The notes below the pieces were generated by a model. The model saw nothing but the letters and a program-made list of their open reading frames with translations. It did not search any database and was not told the origin of the DNA. Shown piece by piece: positions 48,301 through 55,800 of a stretch of DNA of 64,000 bases; position 1 is the first letter of the stretch; the number at the start of each line of letters is the position of its first letter. A program made the translations under genes and the position numbers. This DNA is from Candidatus Aminicenantes bacterium. Lineage in GTDB: Bacteria > Acidobacteriota > Aminicenantia > UBA2199. The DNA lies in NCBI GenBank assembly GCA_030639305.1, contig DAOWCY010000010.1, positions 2,773 through 66,772 on the forward strand. The letters run 5' to 3'.

Positions 48301-49660
48301 AATACTCGGCCAAATCGTTGATTTAAATAATCCACATGTAAATTATGCCGTTTATAATACGGCAAAGGCGTTGGAACAGGAAAATTTTGATAAAGCCGAC
48401 GAAATACTGGAAAGAGTGGACGCCAACGATTGGCTTCCCGGAAAATTTAACGGCGAGTACGATAAAACAAAAAATGAATTAACCGGGATTGTCTATTCGC
48501 CGGTATATTTGGAGCCTTCCTATAATAACCATATCGAGTGCCGGGAGCGGTTGGAGGGCATTTTGGAAAAACTTATCGCTGTGGGAGAGAATCATTTCAA
48601 CTGGGTCGCCCCTGTTAAAGCCGAAGATAGGCGTCTGCACCCCGTGCATAATGATAAAAACGACAGGCACAGCGATGGCAGTCAATGGCGCGGTTACCTG
48701 GATGAAGTTGAAAAAGCCAGCCAAATTTTTGCCGGTAGATCGAATACCGTCAATATTCCTGTGGGGCCCAGCGAATTGCGGTACGAATCTTATGACGTGG
48801 CATTGGTATCATGCGGGGGAGTTATAAGTGCCGTCGATTATGTGATGAAAAATCCCGCCAGGTCTGCATGGTCCATGGGACGGCCCCCCGGGCACCTGGC
48901 AAATAATAATATCTGTATCTTCAACAATATTGCCGTAGGCGCTTACCATGCAAAGAAAAAATACGGAAAGAAACGAATCCTTATTGTCGATTGCGATGCC
49001 CATCACGGTAAACATACCTATCGGGTATTTCGCGGCGATCCTGGAGTGATATATTTTTCAATTCATATCGATGGAGACTATGCGAAGGAGGAAGGTAAGG
49101 TGACCGATATGGGAACAGGCGAAGGCGAAGGTTATAACTTCAACATTCCTTACCCTCCCAATATGGGGGATGACGGCTATAAAGAAATCGTCGATAAACT
49201 GCTAATCCCCGCGGCGGAAGAATTCAGACCTGAACTGGTGATGATCTCAGCCGGTTTTGACGGGCATTTCGAGGACGATTTAACGCCGGGATTAATATTA
49301 TCTGAACATGCCTATATCCATTTAGCCAAAAGACTTAGGGACCTGGCCAAGAAGCTTGACATCAAAATCGTCGGCGCTCTCGAAGGCGGCTATGGGCTGC
49401 AGTCGTTGGCCAATAGTTTTGTGCACATGATCAGTTTGATCGGGGAGTGGGACGCACCACCCGGAGAAATAGGATTTGTCCCGGGGAAAGAAAAATATAA
49501 AGACAACGCGAATGCGTTAAAGATTGTTCGCACGCAAATAAAAAAGAGAGTGGTGCTTATGAAGGAAACCAGGGAAAAAAATCCCGGTTACACTTTATTT
49601 TCCAATACAGGCCATTGGAATGAAATCCTTAGTGCGCCTGGCGAAAAAGACGGTGAATAA
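45335..49660 (+). CDS. CHAT protease - STAND (NACHT-like) NTPase - helical repeats - histone deacetylase-fold fusion
   Basis: CHAT HFTGHG/LLSACYS; Walker A GRAGKGKT, Walker B VIIDAINE, ISCR; HDAC motifs RPPGHLA, CIFNNIA, VDCDAHHG, GEGEGYNFNIP, SAGFDGH, LEGGY. Confidence 0.9.
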   Translation: MSDINQPAINIGSGSTGNIIVGRDLNLNQTGKQEESSAHMDSGKDSAKKILILSANPQSTARLRLDEEVREIEEGLQRSKHRDRFEIRSKWAVRLRDVRRTLLDYEPHIVHFTGHGEEDGLIVEDEMGFPVTMSKKAITGLFKLFARHVQCVLLSACYSESQAAGIGKHIDYVIGMKKEIKDKAAIEFAVGFYDALGAGRTVEDAFGFGCNAILTVYPDLPEYSIPVLKIRNGVQKGSGKQLSDNVLEKSKLPINAEIENQKKKIYFKKLKKTAYSKVTDGLSNEDGYFFKKYMTSVYQTRREAETEFSNFLKQIDKRCFIITGRAGKGKTSLLCHLSEQIILNETKSTSILLNSPELNLQGTNLKEYIATFFNTEDINPTFEEIGQCLSAEDAKLIVIIDAINELEGEMVFSLFNEQITELFNIIDEKKYPVLFCISCRSEFWTQFSGEQWVKDNIFEPMPGIETPTHELQDFEENKIDDIINAYFHWYAIEGKVIGEARVKCCDPIMLRYLCEAYTNRKSNDKETSPEETKTVNIGVKKILQRKEVFRLFAKNIRERMFDRVKKELGLKNKDTLFKLTTYYLINIAKFMMENGRSHLTGDEVYEIAQKIEHRDGDLGRDEFKEKDKRSVFFMFIDEGIILDKRGTLDKRGIPGKCGNVTYDFVFESYFEYSLGRYFALNKWPGLQGDNGGSKQGVDPVEIKKDFRKQLNLHNKLIKEKNFTNLLGALEYAILVIETNEDYKGYKHYPELFIELFEIMMETEQFIFRQKAFATLRETQLLMGYDVDDKDNKLQRVFNIFYKLTKKVDFVISWDLEHTIAQLSKYEADFAIRRMVVWAEEGEKVQPMFAAQILARISVANPQKVIEVLLKLATLEKYRENFWLARSLIFAAKELGMNAKKTGLESKYIKKLRDMLRSLYEDTKVPVFTKGLALSVLPFLSDKDLLLLEKIGDYVKQETNTWAVWNLAYELREWVKPFDGPYHNSAWIWEILGQIVDLNNPHVNYAVYNTAKALEQENFDKADEILERVDANDWLPGKFNGEYDKTKNELTGIVYSPVYLEPSYNNHIECRERLEGILEKLIAVGENHFNWVAPVKAEDRRLHPVHNDKNDRHSDGSQWRGYLDEVEKASQIFAGRSNTVNIPVGPSELRYESYDVALVSCGGVISAVDYVMKNPARSAWSMGRPPGHLANNNICIFNNIAVGAYHAKKKYGKKRILIVDCDAHHGKHTYRVFRGDPGVIYFSIHIDGDYAKEEGKVTDMGTGEGEGYNFNIPYPPNMGDDGYKEIVDKLLIPAAEEFRPELVMISAGFDGHFEDDLTPGLILSEHAYIHLAKRLRDLAKKLDIKIVGALEGGYGLQSLANSFVHMISLIGEWDAPPGEIGFVPGKEKYKDNANALKIVRTQIKKRVVLMKETREKNPGYTLFSNTGHWNEILSAPGEKDGE

Positions 49661-49688
49661 ATTATGATAAGAATACGGAGGGCATACC

Positions 49689-50516
49689 ATGAAAAATTTT
49701 AGTTTTGGTTTTGAGAAACTGAAGCCTGTTATATATAGCTGGTTATTTATTTTCATTATAGCAGTATCGGCAAACTCGGGACAGGATTTAGATAACGGTA
49801 AAGCAGGGCGGCGCAGCGATATTATTTTCCAGAATTCCACCATTAATGCATTGCTTGAAGGTCTTTACGATGATGATGTCACCTTCGAGCAATTGCGCAA
49901 GCATGGCAACCTTGGAATAGGGACGTTCAACAGGTTGGACGGGGAAATGGTGGCCATCGACGGTGAGTTTTATAAAATCAAAGCCGCCGACGGACTGGCG
50001 TACCCGGTGCCGGGAAATGAGAAAACACCGTTTTCCGTTGTTGCCGATTTCAGCGCCGATTCATCGGCAATATTGGAAAAATCGTTGAACCTGGAAGAAC
50101 TCCTTAAGCATATAGACACTCTGCTCCCATCCGGGAATATCTTTTATGCTTTCCGGGTAGAAGGTAAGTTCAGCTATGTCAAGACAAGAAGCGTGCTCCC
50201 CCAGGAGAAGCCTTATCCGCGTTTGGTGGAAGTTGTAAAGACCCAATCGGTTTTTGAATTTAAGGATGTAGAGGGGTATTTAGTAGGATTCTGGTTTCCA
50301 TTCTATATGAAGGATATCAATGTCCCCGGCTATCACTTCCATTTCCTATCGAAAGACAAAAAGAAGGGAGGGCATTTGTTGGGATGCCGGACTTCAAAAA
50401 TAAGAATCGAAATTGATTATATATCGGGATTCCGGCTGCTTTTACCCGAAAGCAAGGATTTTAGGATGATGCATTTAGAAAGTAAGAAATCCGAATTAGA
50501 CGCAGTCGAGAAATAG
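49689..50516 (+). CDS. budA: Alpha-acetolactate decarboxylase with N-terminal signal-like extension
   Basis: FQNSTINALLEGLYD, GNLGIGTFNRLDGEM, VKTRSV, PGYHFHFLS...GGH, C-terminal AVEK. Confidence 0.92.
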   Translation: MKNFSFGFEKLKPVIYSWLFIFIIAVSANSGQDLDNGKAGRRSDIIFQNSTINALLEGLYDDDVTFEQLRKHGNLGIGTFNRLDGEMVAIDGEFYKIKAADGLAYPVPGNEKTPFSVVADFSADSSAILEKSLNLEELLKHIDTLLPSGNIFYAFRVEGKFSYVKTRSVLPQEKPYPRLVEVVKTQSVFEFKDVEGYLVGFWFPFYMKDINVPGYHFHFLSKDKKKGGHLLGCRTSKIRIEIDYISGFRLLLPESKDFRMMHLESKKSELDAVEK

Positions 50517-50548
50517 CCCGGGATGTCAATGCATGGATTTTAGGAGAT

Positions 50549-51292
50549 ATGATGAGAACTAAAGACAACATGATATTTCAATATTCCACCATCAATGCCC
50601 TGGTGGCGGGAATTTACGATGGCAATTTGACCATCGGGGAGTTGAGTAAATATGGGAATCTGGGATTGGGTACGTTTAATCACCTGGATGGGGAGATGGT
50701 TGTACTTGATGGAGAGTTCTATAAAGTTAAAGCTGCGAATGATCCTACCGTCGTGCGCGTATCTCCCGATGAAAAAATATCTTTCGCCAGCGTGACAAAT
50801 TTCAAACCCGGTGGAGCTTCTATTCTCCTTAATGAACCATTCACATTAGAGGGACTTCAAAAACGTCTTGATAAAGAATTAGCTTCAGTAAATATTTTTT
50901 ACGCTTTCAGGATGAAAGGGATTTTTAAATCCGTAAAAACCAGGTGCGTCCCAATACAGGAGAGACCATACTCAAGACTTACAACGGTTGTCGAGCATCA
51001 ATCCCGGTATGAATTTAAAGATATTGAGGGATACCTTGTGGGCTTTTGGTTCCCGGATTACATGAAAGACATAAATGTCCCCGGATATCACTTTCATTTT
51101 CTGTCGGCAGACAAAACCAGGGGGGGACATCTTTTCGAATGCCGGACCGCGAGGTTGGAAATTGATGCTGCCCGTATTTTGGGATTCCGGATGATTTTAC
51201 CAGGCAGCAAAGAATTCAAAAAAACAAATTTGACCGTTAACGAAGAGGAACTGGAAATCATCGAAAAAGGAAAAAAAAATACTTATAGCTAA
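50549..51292 (+). CDS. budA: Alpha-acetolactate decarboxylase (second copy, no signal peptide)
   Basis: FQYSTINALVAGIYDG, GLGTFNHLDGEM, VKTRCV, PGYHFHFLS...GGH, IIEK. Confidence 0.92.
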   Translation: MMRTKDNMIFQYSTINALVAGIYDGNLTIGELSKYGNLGLGTFNHLDGEMVVLDGEFYKVKAANDPTVVRVSPDEKISFASVTNFKPGGASILLNEPFTLEGLQKRLDKELASVNIFYAFRMKGIFKSVKTRCVPIQERPYSRLTTVVEHQSRYEFKDIEGYLVGFWFPDYMKDINVPGYHFHFLSADKTRGGHLFECRTARLEIDAARILGFRMILPGSKEFKKTNLTVNEEELEIIEKGKKNTYS

Positions 51293-51537
51293 CAGATACA
51301 ATTGGAGCAATAAAGTTAAATAATACAAATAAAAATTATGGAATTTTCAAAAGTGTTATAAAAGAAACTCAGGTTGGAATTTATCTCCTGATGTTGTGGA
51401 GGAAATCGAACAATTATCGAGGGATCGCTTTGGAATTCTCCCCCTTTATTATACATTTGCCTTGGATACTATAATATTTGCTCCCACCATCAAGACGATT
51501 ATCCTGAACCCGGAAGTGTGAAAAATATTCTATTTAC

Positions 51538-51648
51538 TCACGTGGTTTTGGGTTATTACCAGGGATTCAAAATCGAAAATGAGCACCTGATTCACCGCTT
51601 TTTAGAAAAGGAAGCAGAAACCGACGCTACCGGCTGAGGGGGTAAGGA
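51538..51648 (+). repeat. Direct repeat, right copy (orphan XRE 3'-end fragment)
   Basis: Encodes HVVLGYYQGFKIENEHLIHRFLEKEAETDATG*, versus HAVLGFFQRFKIENERLIRRFLEKEAETGATG* in the intact XRE gene. Confidence 0.9.
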
Positions 51649-51722
51649 AACAATGATTGCCCGGTTGCAGGGAAAGAATCGGATTTAGAAAATATATCCT
51701 TAACGCTTAATCCTCCAAAATA

Positions 51723-51783
51723 GACTATTTTGTACAAAATCAGGATTATATTTATCGCGCCCCTGCTTAAGGCCGATTATAAT
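51723..51783 (+). promoter_or_regulatory. Shared regulon promoter, copy C
   Basis: GACTATTTT (51723), GATTATATT (51744), TCGCGC, 17 nt, TATAAT (51778). Confidence 0.75.
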
Positions 51784-51910
51784 GGCAGCAGATCGTTTGA
51801 CATGTAACAAGCTGGAAAATGCGGTTTACAGGTTGTAGACCGCAGCCGGTACGCTGACTGCTGCCGGTTCCAGGTTAAATGACCGTAAAAAAATGAACAG
51901 GAGGTTTAAT

Positions 51911-52156
51911 ATGTCTTACCAGTACAAAATGCTCCAGGTGCCTCAGATAATTAAAATTAAAGCAAAAGATTATCAAGGCGGAGAAGCCGCCGCTTACCTG
52001 GAACAAATCGTCACCCAGGAAGCCCGTGAGGGCTGGGAATTCTACCGGGTAGATACCATCGGTGTTTATAGCCAGGCAGGCTGCATTGCTTCTTTATTCG
52101 GCAGCAAGGACGAACTATCCGAGTATTATGTGGTTACGTTCCGAAAAGAAAAATAA
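51911..52156 (+). CDS. DUF4177-like small protein
   Basis: YQYKM...YLEQIV....REGWEFYRVD...YVVTFRK; AGGAGG RBS before ATG 51911. Confidence 0.7.
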   Translation: MSYQYKMLQVPQIIKIKAKDYQGGEAAAYLEQIVTQEAREGWEFYRVDTIGVYSQAGCIASLFGSKDELSEYYVVTFRKEK

Positions 52157-52370
52157 TCCCGGCTTTCTCAGCGGGTTAAGTTTTCGTTTTATCAGGGGCT
52201 ATCAAAAGATAGCCCCGCGGCGCATCAGGAAGGCCTGCCGGTTCACGCCAACCTGCTCTGAGTATGCAATCGCGGCAATAACAAAGTACGGATTTCTAAC
52301 AGGGTGGCAAAAAACTTTTCAGCGTTTAAATCGATGCCGCCCGCCTCACAGCGGCATCGATTTTCCCTAA
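52128..52370 (+). CDS. yidD: YidD-like (membrane protein insertion efficiency factor / haemolytic domain) protein
   Basis: IRGYQ...CRFTPTCSEYAIAAITKYG...G......RLNRCRP...GIDFP. Overlaps the upstream ORF; probably a paralog, since rpmH/rnpA/yidC are absent here. Confidence 0.8.
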   Translation: MWLRSEKKNNPGFLSGLSFRFIRGYQKIAPRRIRKACRFTPTCSEYAIAAITKYGFLTGWQKTFQRLNRCRPPHSGIDFP

Positions 52371-52528
52371 TTTCCATTAGCGTCCCAATCCGTGACAGGA
52401 CATTTCGAAAACCATTGAATATTTTCATCAAACCGGCAGCATACCGGAAGAAATCTTTGGAGCAAAGCAAAAAGCAGTATCATGCACCGCTCATAAGATT
52501 CACTACCCCGTTCGTTTATTTCTAAAGA

Positions 52529-52589
52529 GACGATTTTTAACAATTTTTAGACTATTTTTATTGCATGCAATTCATTAATGCAATATAAT
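52529..52589 (+). promoter_or_regulatory. Shared regulon promoter, copy D
   Basis: GACGATTTT (52529), GACTATTTT (52550), TTGCAT, 17 nt, TATAAT (52584). Confidence 0.8.
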
Positions 52590-52708
52590 CCCGGTAGACC
52601 TTTCGATAAAAGGTAAAAAATGGCACATAGAACAAGTATTAATATGTTGGCCGGCTTCTGGCCGGGAGAGCCAAAAAAAAGAAATCCCTTTCAGCAGGAG
52701 GTTTTCCC

Positions 52709-54439
52709 ATGAAAGAAAAAAAAGGCAGTCTCAATGCCGTTATCGTGGGCGTAGACGGCTATAAAGACGCACCGCCACTCCAATGCGCCGTCAACGATGC
52801 CGTCTATCTAACCGAAACGCTGCAAAAAGTATGGCAAAACCGGGGTACTCATATCAAAACCCTGGTCTGGCCTTCCTTGAACCAGGAAAAAACCAGGGCA
52901 CAGCGGGTGACATGGGGCATCGATTTACCCCCAAACGCCTGCCCGGTTACCCGGGAAGGCCTGCTGTCGGCAGTGCGCGAAAGCGCGGGTAAAACCGGGG
53001 AAACGGACACTTTTATTTTCTTTTTTGCCGGTCATGGTGAACTGGTGGATGCGGAACCGGCCCTAATCACGGTGGCCGAAGGCGAAACAGCGGAAGGAAT
53101 CGAAAAAATCAAAATAAAAGAGATACAACAGGCTGCCGCCGGCTGCCCGGCCCGGAACAAAATAATGATATTGGATTGCTGCCAAACGTCGCCCGGTAGA
53201 AAAAAAAGCAAACAAGAAGAAAAATACAAAAACCTGGGAGAATTAACAAAAGGCTGGTCGATATTTCTCTCCTCCAGTCCCGGAGAAAGCTCATTAGAAG
53301 ACCGGTATTTTGGGAACAGCAGTGACGATTACCTACAGCAGGGTATATTCACTGCCAGTTTGGCGGTGGGGCTGCGCGGTGAAGCAGCGGGCGGCAGCAG
53401 GTACATCAGCCTGGCTGATCTGGCATATTATGTGGGAAAACGGGTTCCCATAGAATACCAGGAACGGCTGGAGGCAATAATGCTTAGAGAGGCCGGAACA
53501 GGTAAAGCCCCCCCGGGGCAACCTGAAACCAGGGGAACAGGTTCATTATCGCAAAGCCCGGTACTATTGAGCGAAGCCGTGGCCATGAACGGCCCATACA
53601 AAATAACGATGGCCCCGGAAATCATACCCGCTTGCCAGGACTCACGAACAAAAACACCCGGCAAAAATTTTATAAAAAACTGGTTCAAATTCCTGTGGGG
53701 ACAGTGGCCTATCGTATTTCCTTTTAAAACGGTATTTCGTTTGGCATCCCTGCTGTACGCCGCGGCCATGACGCTAACCGTAATCTGGCATTCCCCGGCG
53801 GAAACAAACGATACCTTAGTGATATTTTATGGTGCGGTGGGCCTGGGCAGCGTACTGATCTGGTGGCTTACGCTCCCCTTCGCAGCCGCGGCAAATGAAG
53901 AGCGCTGGCATTCCGGGGGGTATGTAACTCTTCTTTTCTATTTACTCTGGCATTGTCTTGTGGCCCTGGTTTTTGCCTGGCTGTGCGGCGTTGTACCCAT
54001 CACTAACCGGGAATCCAACCGGTTTATTTTCTTAGTAACGGATCTTTTTTTCATATTGGCAGGAATAGTTATTTTCGCCATCAACACCAGTCAAACTATT
54101 ATTTCCCTGGCGGAAACCGTCAGGCCGGATGAGAGAAGAGAAATTCGGCAGGCTATCCGGGTTTTCGAACAGTTTAAAAGCAAAATGGTAGGAGTGGATT
54201 TGTATAACTATGTGGCGGCGGTTTCAGTTAGGCCGAACCTATATATATATGGTTGGATTGTTTCGGCAGCCGTCATCGGGTTCAATATTTATCAAGTGCT
54301 TGCCACGGTGGATATCGTAACAGTATACTTGTGGACATTTTTAGTGCGCAATATTTTCCTTTTGGTGCTGGTAACCTGGTTGGTTTTCTGGTATCATGCC
54401 GCATTTAAGACTATCCAAAAGGAGGTCTATAAACGATAG
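52709..54439 (+). CDS. Caspase-family (peptidase C14) protein with C-terminal multi-pass membrane domain
   Basis: AVIVGVDGY...LQCAVNDA, FFFAGHG (His), ILDCCQ (Cys), GIFTASL; about 6 hydrophobic helices at the C-terminus. Confidence 0.9.
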   Translation: MKEKKGSLNAVIVGVDGYKDAPPLQCAVNDAVYLTETLQKVWQNRGTHIKTLVWPSLNQEKTRAQRVTWGIDLPPNACPVTREGLLSAVRESAGKTGETDTFIFFFAGHGELVDAEPALITVAEGETAEGIEKIKIKEIQQAAAGCPARNKIMILDCCQTSPGRKKSKQEEKYKNLGELTKGWSIFLSSSPGESSLEDRYFGNSSDDYLQQGIFTASLAVGLRGEAAGGSRYISLADLAYYVGKRVPIEYQERLEAIMLREAGTGKAPPGQPETRGTGSLSQSPVLLSEAVAMNGPYKITMAPEIIPACQDSRTKTPGKNFIKNWFKFLWGQWPIVFPFKTVFRLASLLYAAAMTLTVIWHSPAETNDTLVIFYGAVGLGSVLIWWLTLPFAAAANEERWHSGGYVTLLFYLLWHCLVALVFAWLCGVVPITNRESNRFIFLVTDLFFILAGIVIFAINTSQTIISLAETVRPDERREIRQAIRVFEQFKSKMVGVDLYNYVAAVSVRPNLYIYGWIVSAAVIGFNIYQVLATVDIVTVYLWTFLVRNIFLLVLVTWLVFWYHAAFKTIQKEVYKR

Positions 54440-54467
54440 AGGGAAAGCAAAAAAATAAGGAGAAAAT

Positions 54468-55559
54468 ATGACACAGCGAAGAATTTCACCACACGAATTA
54501 GAAGTCGAAGAATTGGATAAAGAACTAATCAGGCGAGGGGCGCAAGTTGCCGGAGAAAAGCGTTTTATGTTCAGCGACAAGGAAGGCACCCCGCAGCGGG
54601 ACGCGGTAGTGAGCGGTGCCGGAAAAATATACGAACACACTCCCCCACCCAATGAAGCGTTGGCCTATATCAGCACCTGGGATCTGGCCAGGATTATTAA
54701 AATTAAGACCTCTACCCATTCCCTAACCTGCGTCCGCGGTTCCGGGTATGCGGACCTGATGGATTGGTACGAGATCGGCCCCGGTCCGGGTGACGGTTGG
54801 GAAAAGATAAAGCAAAACGCCGGCTGCACGGCTGCCGTCTGCTTCCGGGACCAATTGATAGATACCGGGCAGGGGGCTTTTATCCTGAATGTCAAAAATT
54901 ACGGCAAAACCTTTAACCTGTGCCAGATCGAACCTTTCCGCCATCAACCTATCGCAGCGGGGAAAATGTGCAGCGGTTTCCTGGTCGAAGACGATGTGAT
55001 CGCCACCGCAGGTCACGTTATTAACGAAAACAATGTGACAGACTTGCGTTTTATTTTCGGTTTTGCCATGATGGATTCGGTCACGCCGGTGACGAAGTTC
55101 CCCCGGGCCGATATGTACCGGGGCGTCAAAATTATCCACCGCCTACCCGGCCCGGGCAAAGCCGGTGAAGAAGACATGGTGCTGGTGCGGTTAGACTGCA
55201 AAGTGGCAGGCAGAGCGGCGGCTGAACTTTCTAAGCAAGAGATTTCTAAAGATCAAGCGGTTTATGTGACCGGTTATCCATTAGGGCTGCCGCTGAAATA
55301 TGACGGCGGAGGAACAGTGCAAACCGTGCATGGTAACCATTTTACCGCCGGCCTGAATGTGTATGGCAGCAGCCCCGGATCGCCGGTTTTCGACTGGGAC
55401 AGCCACGAAGTCACCGGCATAGTAGGAAAATCCGGGCAGATGAATTTCAGGTGGACGGGGAAAGGTTGGATGTCGGTAATTTACCCCGGCAGCCGGGGAA
55501 GCGAAAGCGGAGGAGTCTTTTGCCACGGGGTTTCCAAATTGGTCGAAATGATAGATTAA
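54468..55559 (+). CDS. Trypsin-like peptidase homolog with apparent Ser-to-Pro change at the nucleophile
   Basis: CSGFLV...ATAGHV (His), EDMVLVRLD (Asp), TGYPLGLPLK; YGSSPGSPV replaces the usual YGGNSGSPV. Confidence 0.8.
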   Translation: MTQRRISPHELEVEELDKELIRRGAQVAGEKRFMFSDKEGTPQRDAVVSGAGKIYEHTPPPNEALAYISTWDLARIIKIKTSTHSLTCVRGSGYADLMDWYEIGPGPGDGWEKIKQNAGCTAAVCFRDQLIDTGQGAFILNVKNYGKTFNLCQIEPFRHQPIAAGKMCSGFLVEDDVIATAGHVINENNVTDLRFIFGFAMMDSVTPVTKFPRADMYRGVKIIHRLPGPGKAGEEDMVLVRLDCKVAGRAAAELSKQEISKDQAVYVTGYPLGLPLKYDGGGTVQTVHGNHFTAGLNVYGSSPGSPVFDWDSHEVTGIVGKSGQMNFRWTGKGWMSVIYPGSRGSESGGVFCHGVSKLVEMID

Positions 55560-55619
55560 CAGCAGCCCCATACGCACGGGGAGGCGATAAGTTGCTTCGC
55601 GTCAGGCAAAAATGAGAGC

Positions 55620-55658
55620 TCCGGGTGGGGATCACCGGCAGAGTTCCCCTCACCCGGA
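55620..55658. terminator. Hairpin between convergent genes (possible terminator)
   Basis: tccgggtgggga ... tcccctcacccgga stem with a small bulge. Confidence 0.4.
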
Positions 55659-55711
55659 AACGAGTGAAATTACCCCCGGCAAGGGCAGCGGGTGAGCGCT
55701 TTTGATTCTAA

Positions 55712-55774
55712 CTTATCAAAAGTTTTGATCAAACTTTTTCAAAAGTTTGGCTCCCGGCAGGGCCGCCGGAGGCA
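55712..55774. repeat. REP-like palindromic intergenic element
   Basis: Nested palindromes aaaagttt-ttgatc-aaactttt and aaactttttcaaaagttt, followed by a GC-rich end ggccgccggaggca. Single copy in this window. Confidence 0.4.
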
Positions 55775-55800
55775 AAGTAATTTCATAGTAGTATGAAAGG

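Noticed and set aside
51300-51537. Small ORF or pseudogene after the second budA
   Set aside because: Only short open stretches with no recognisable motif.
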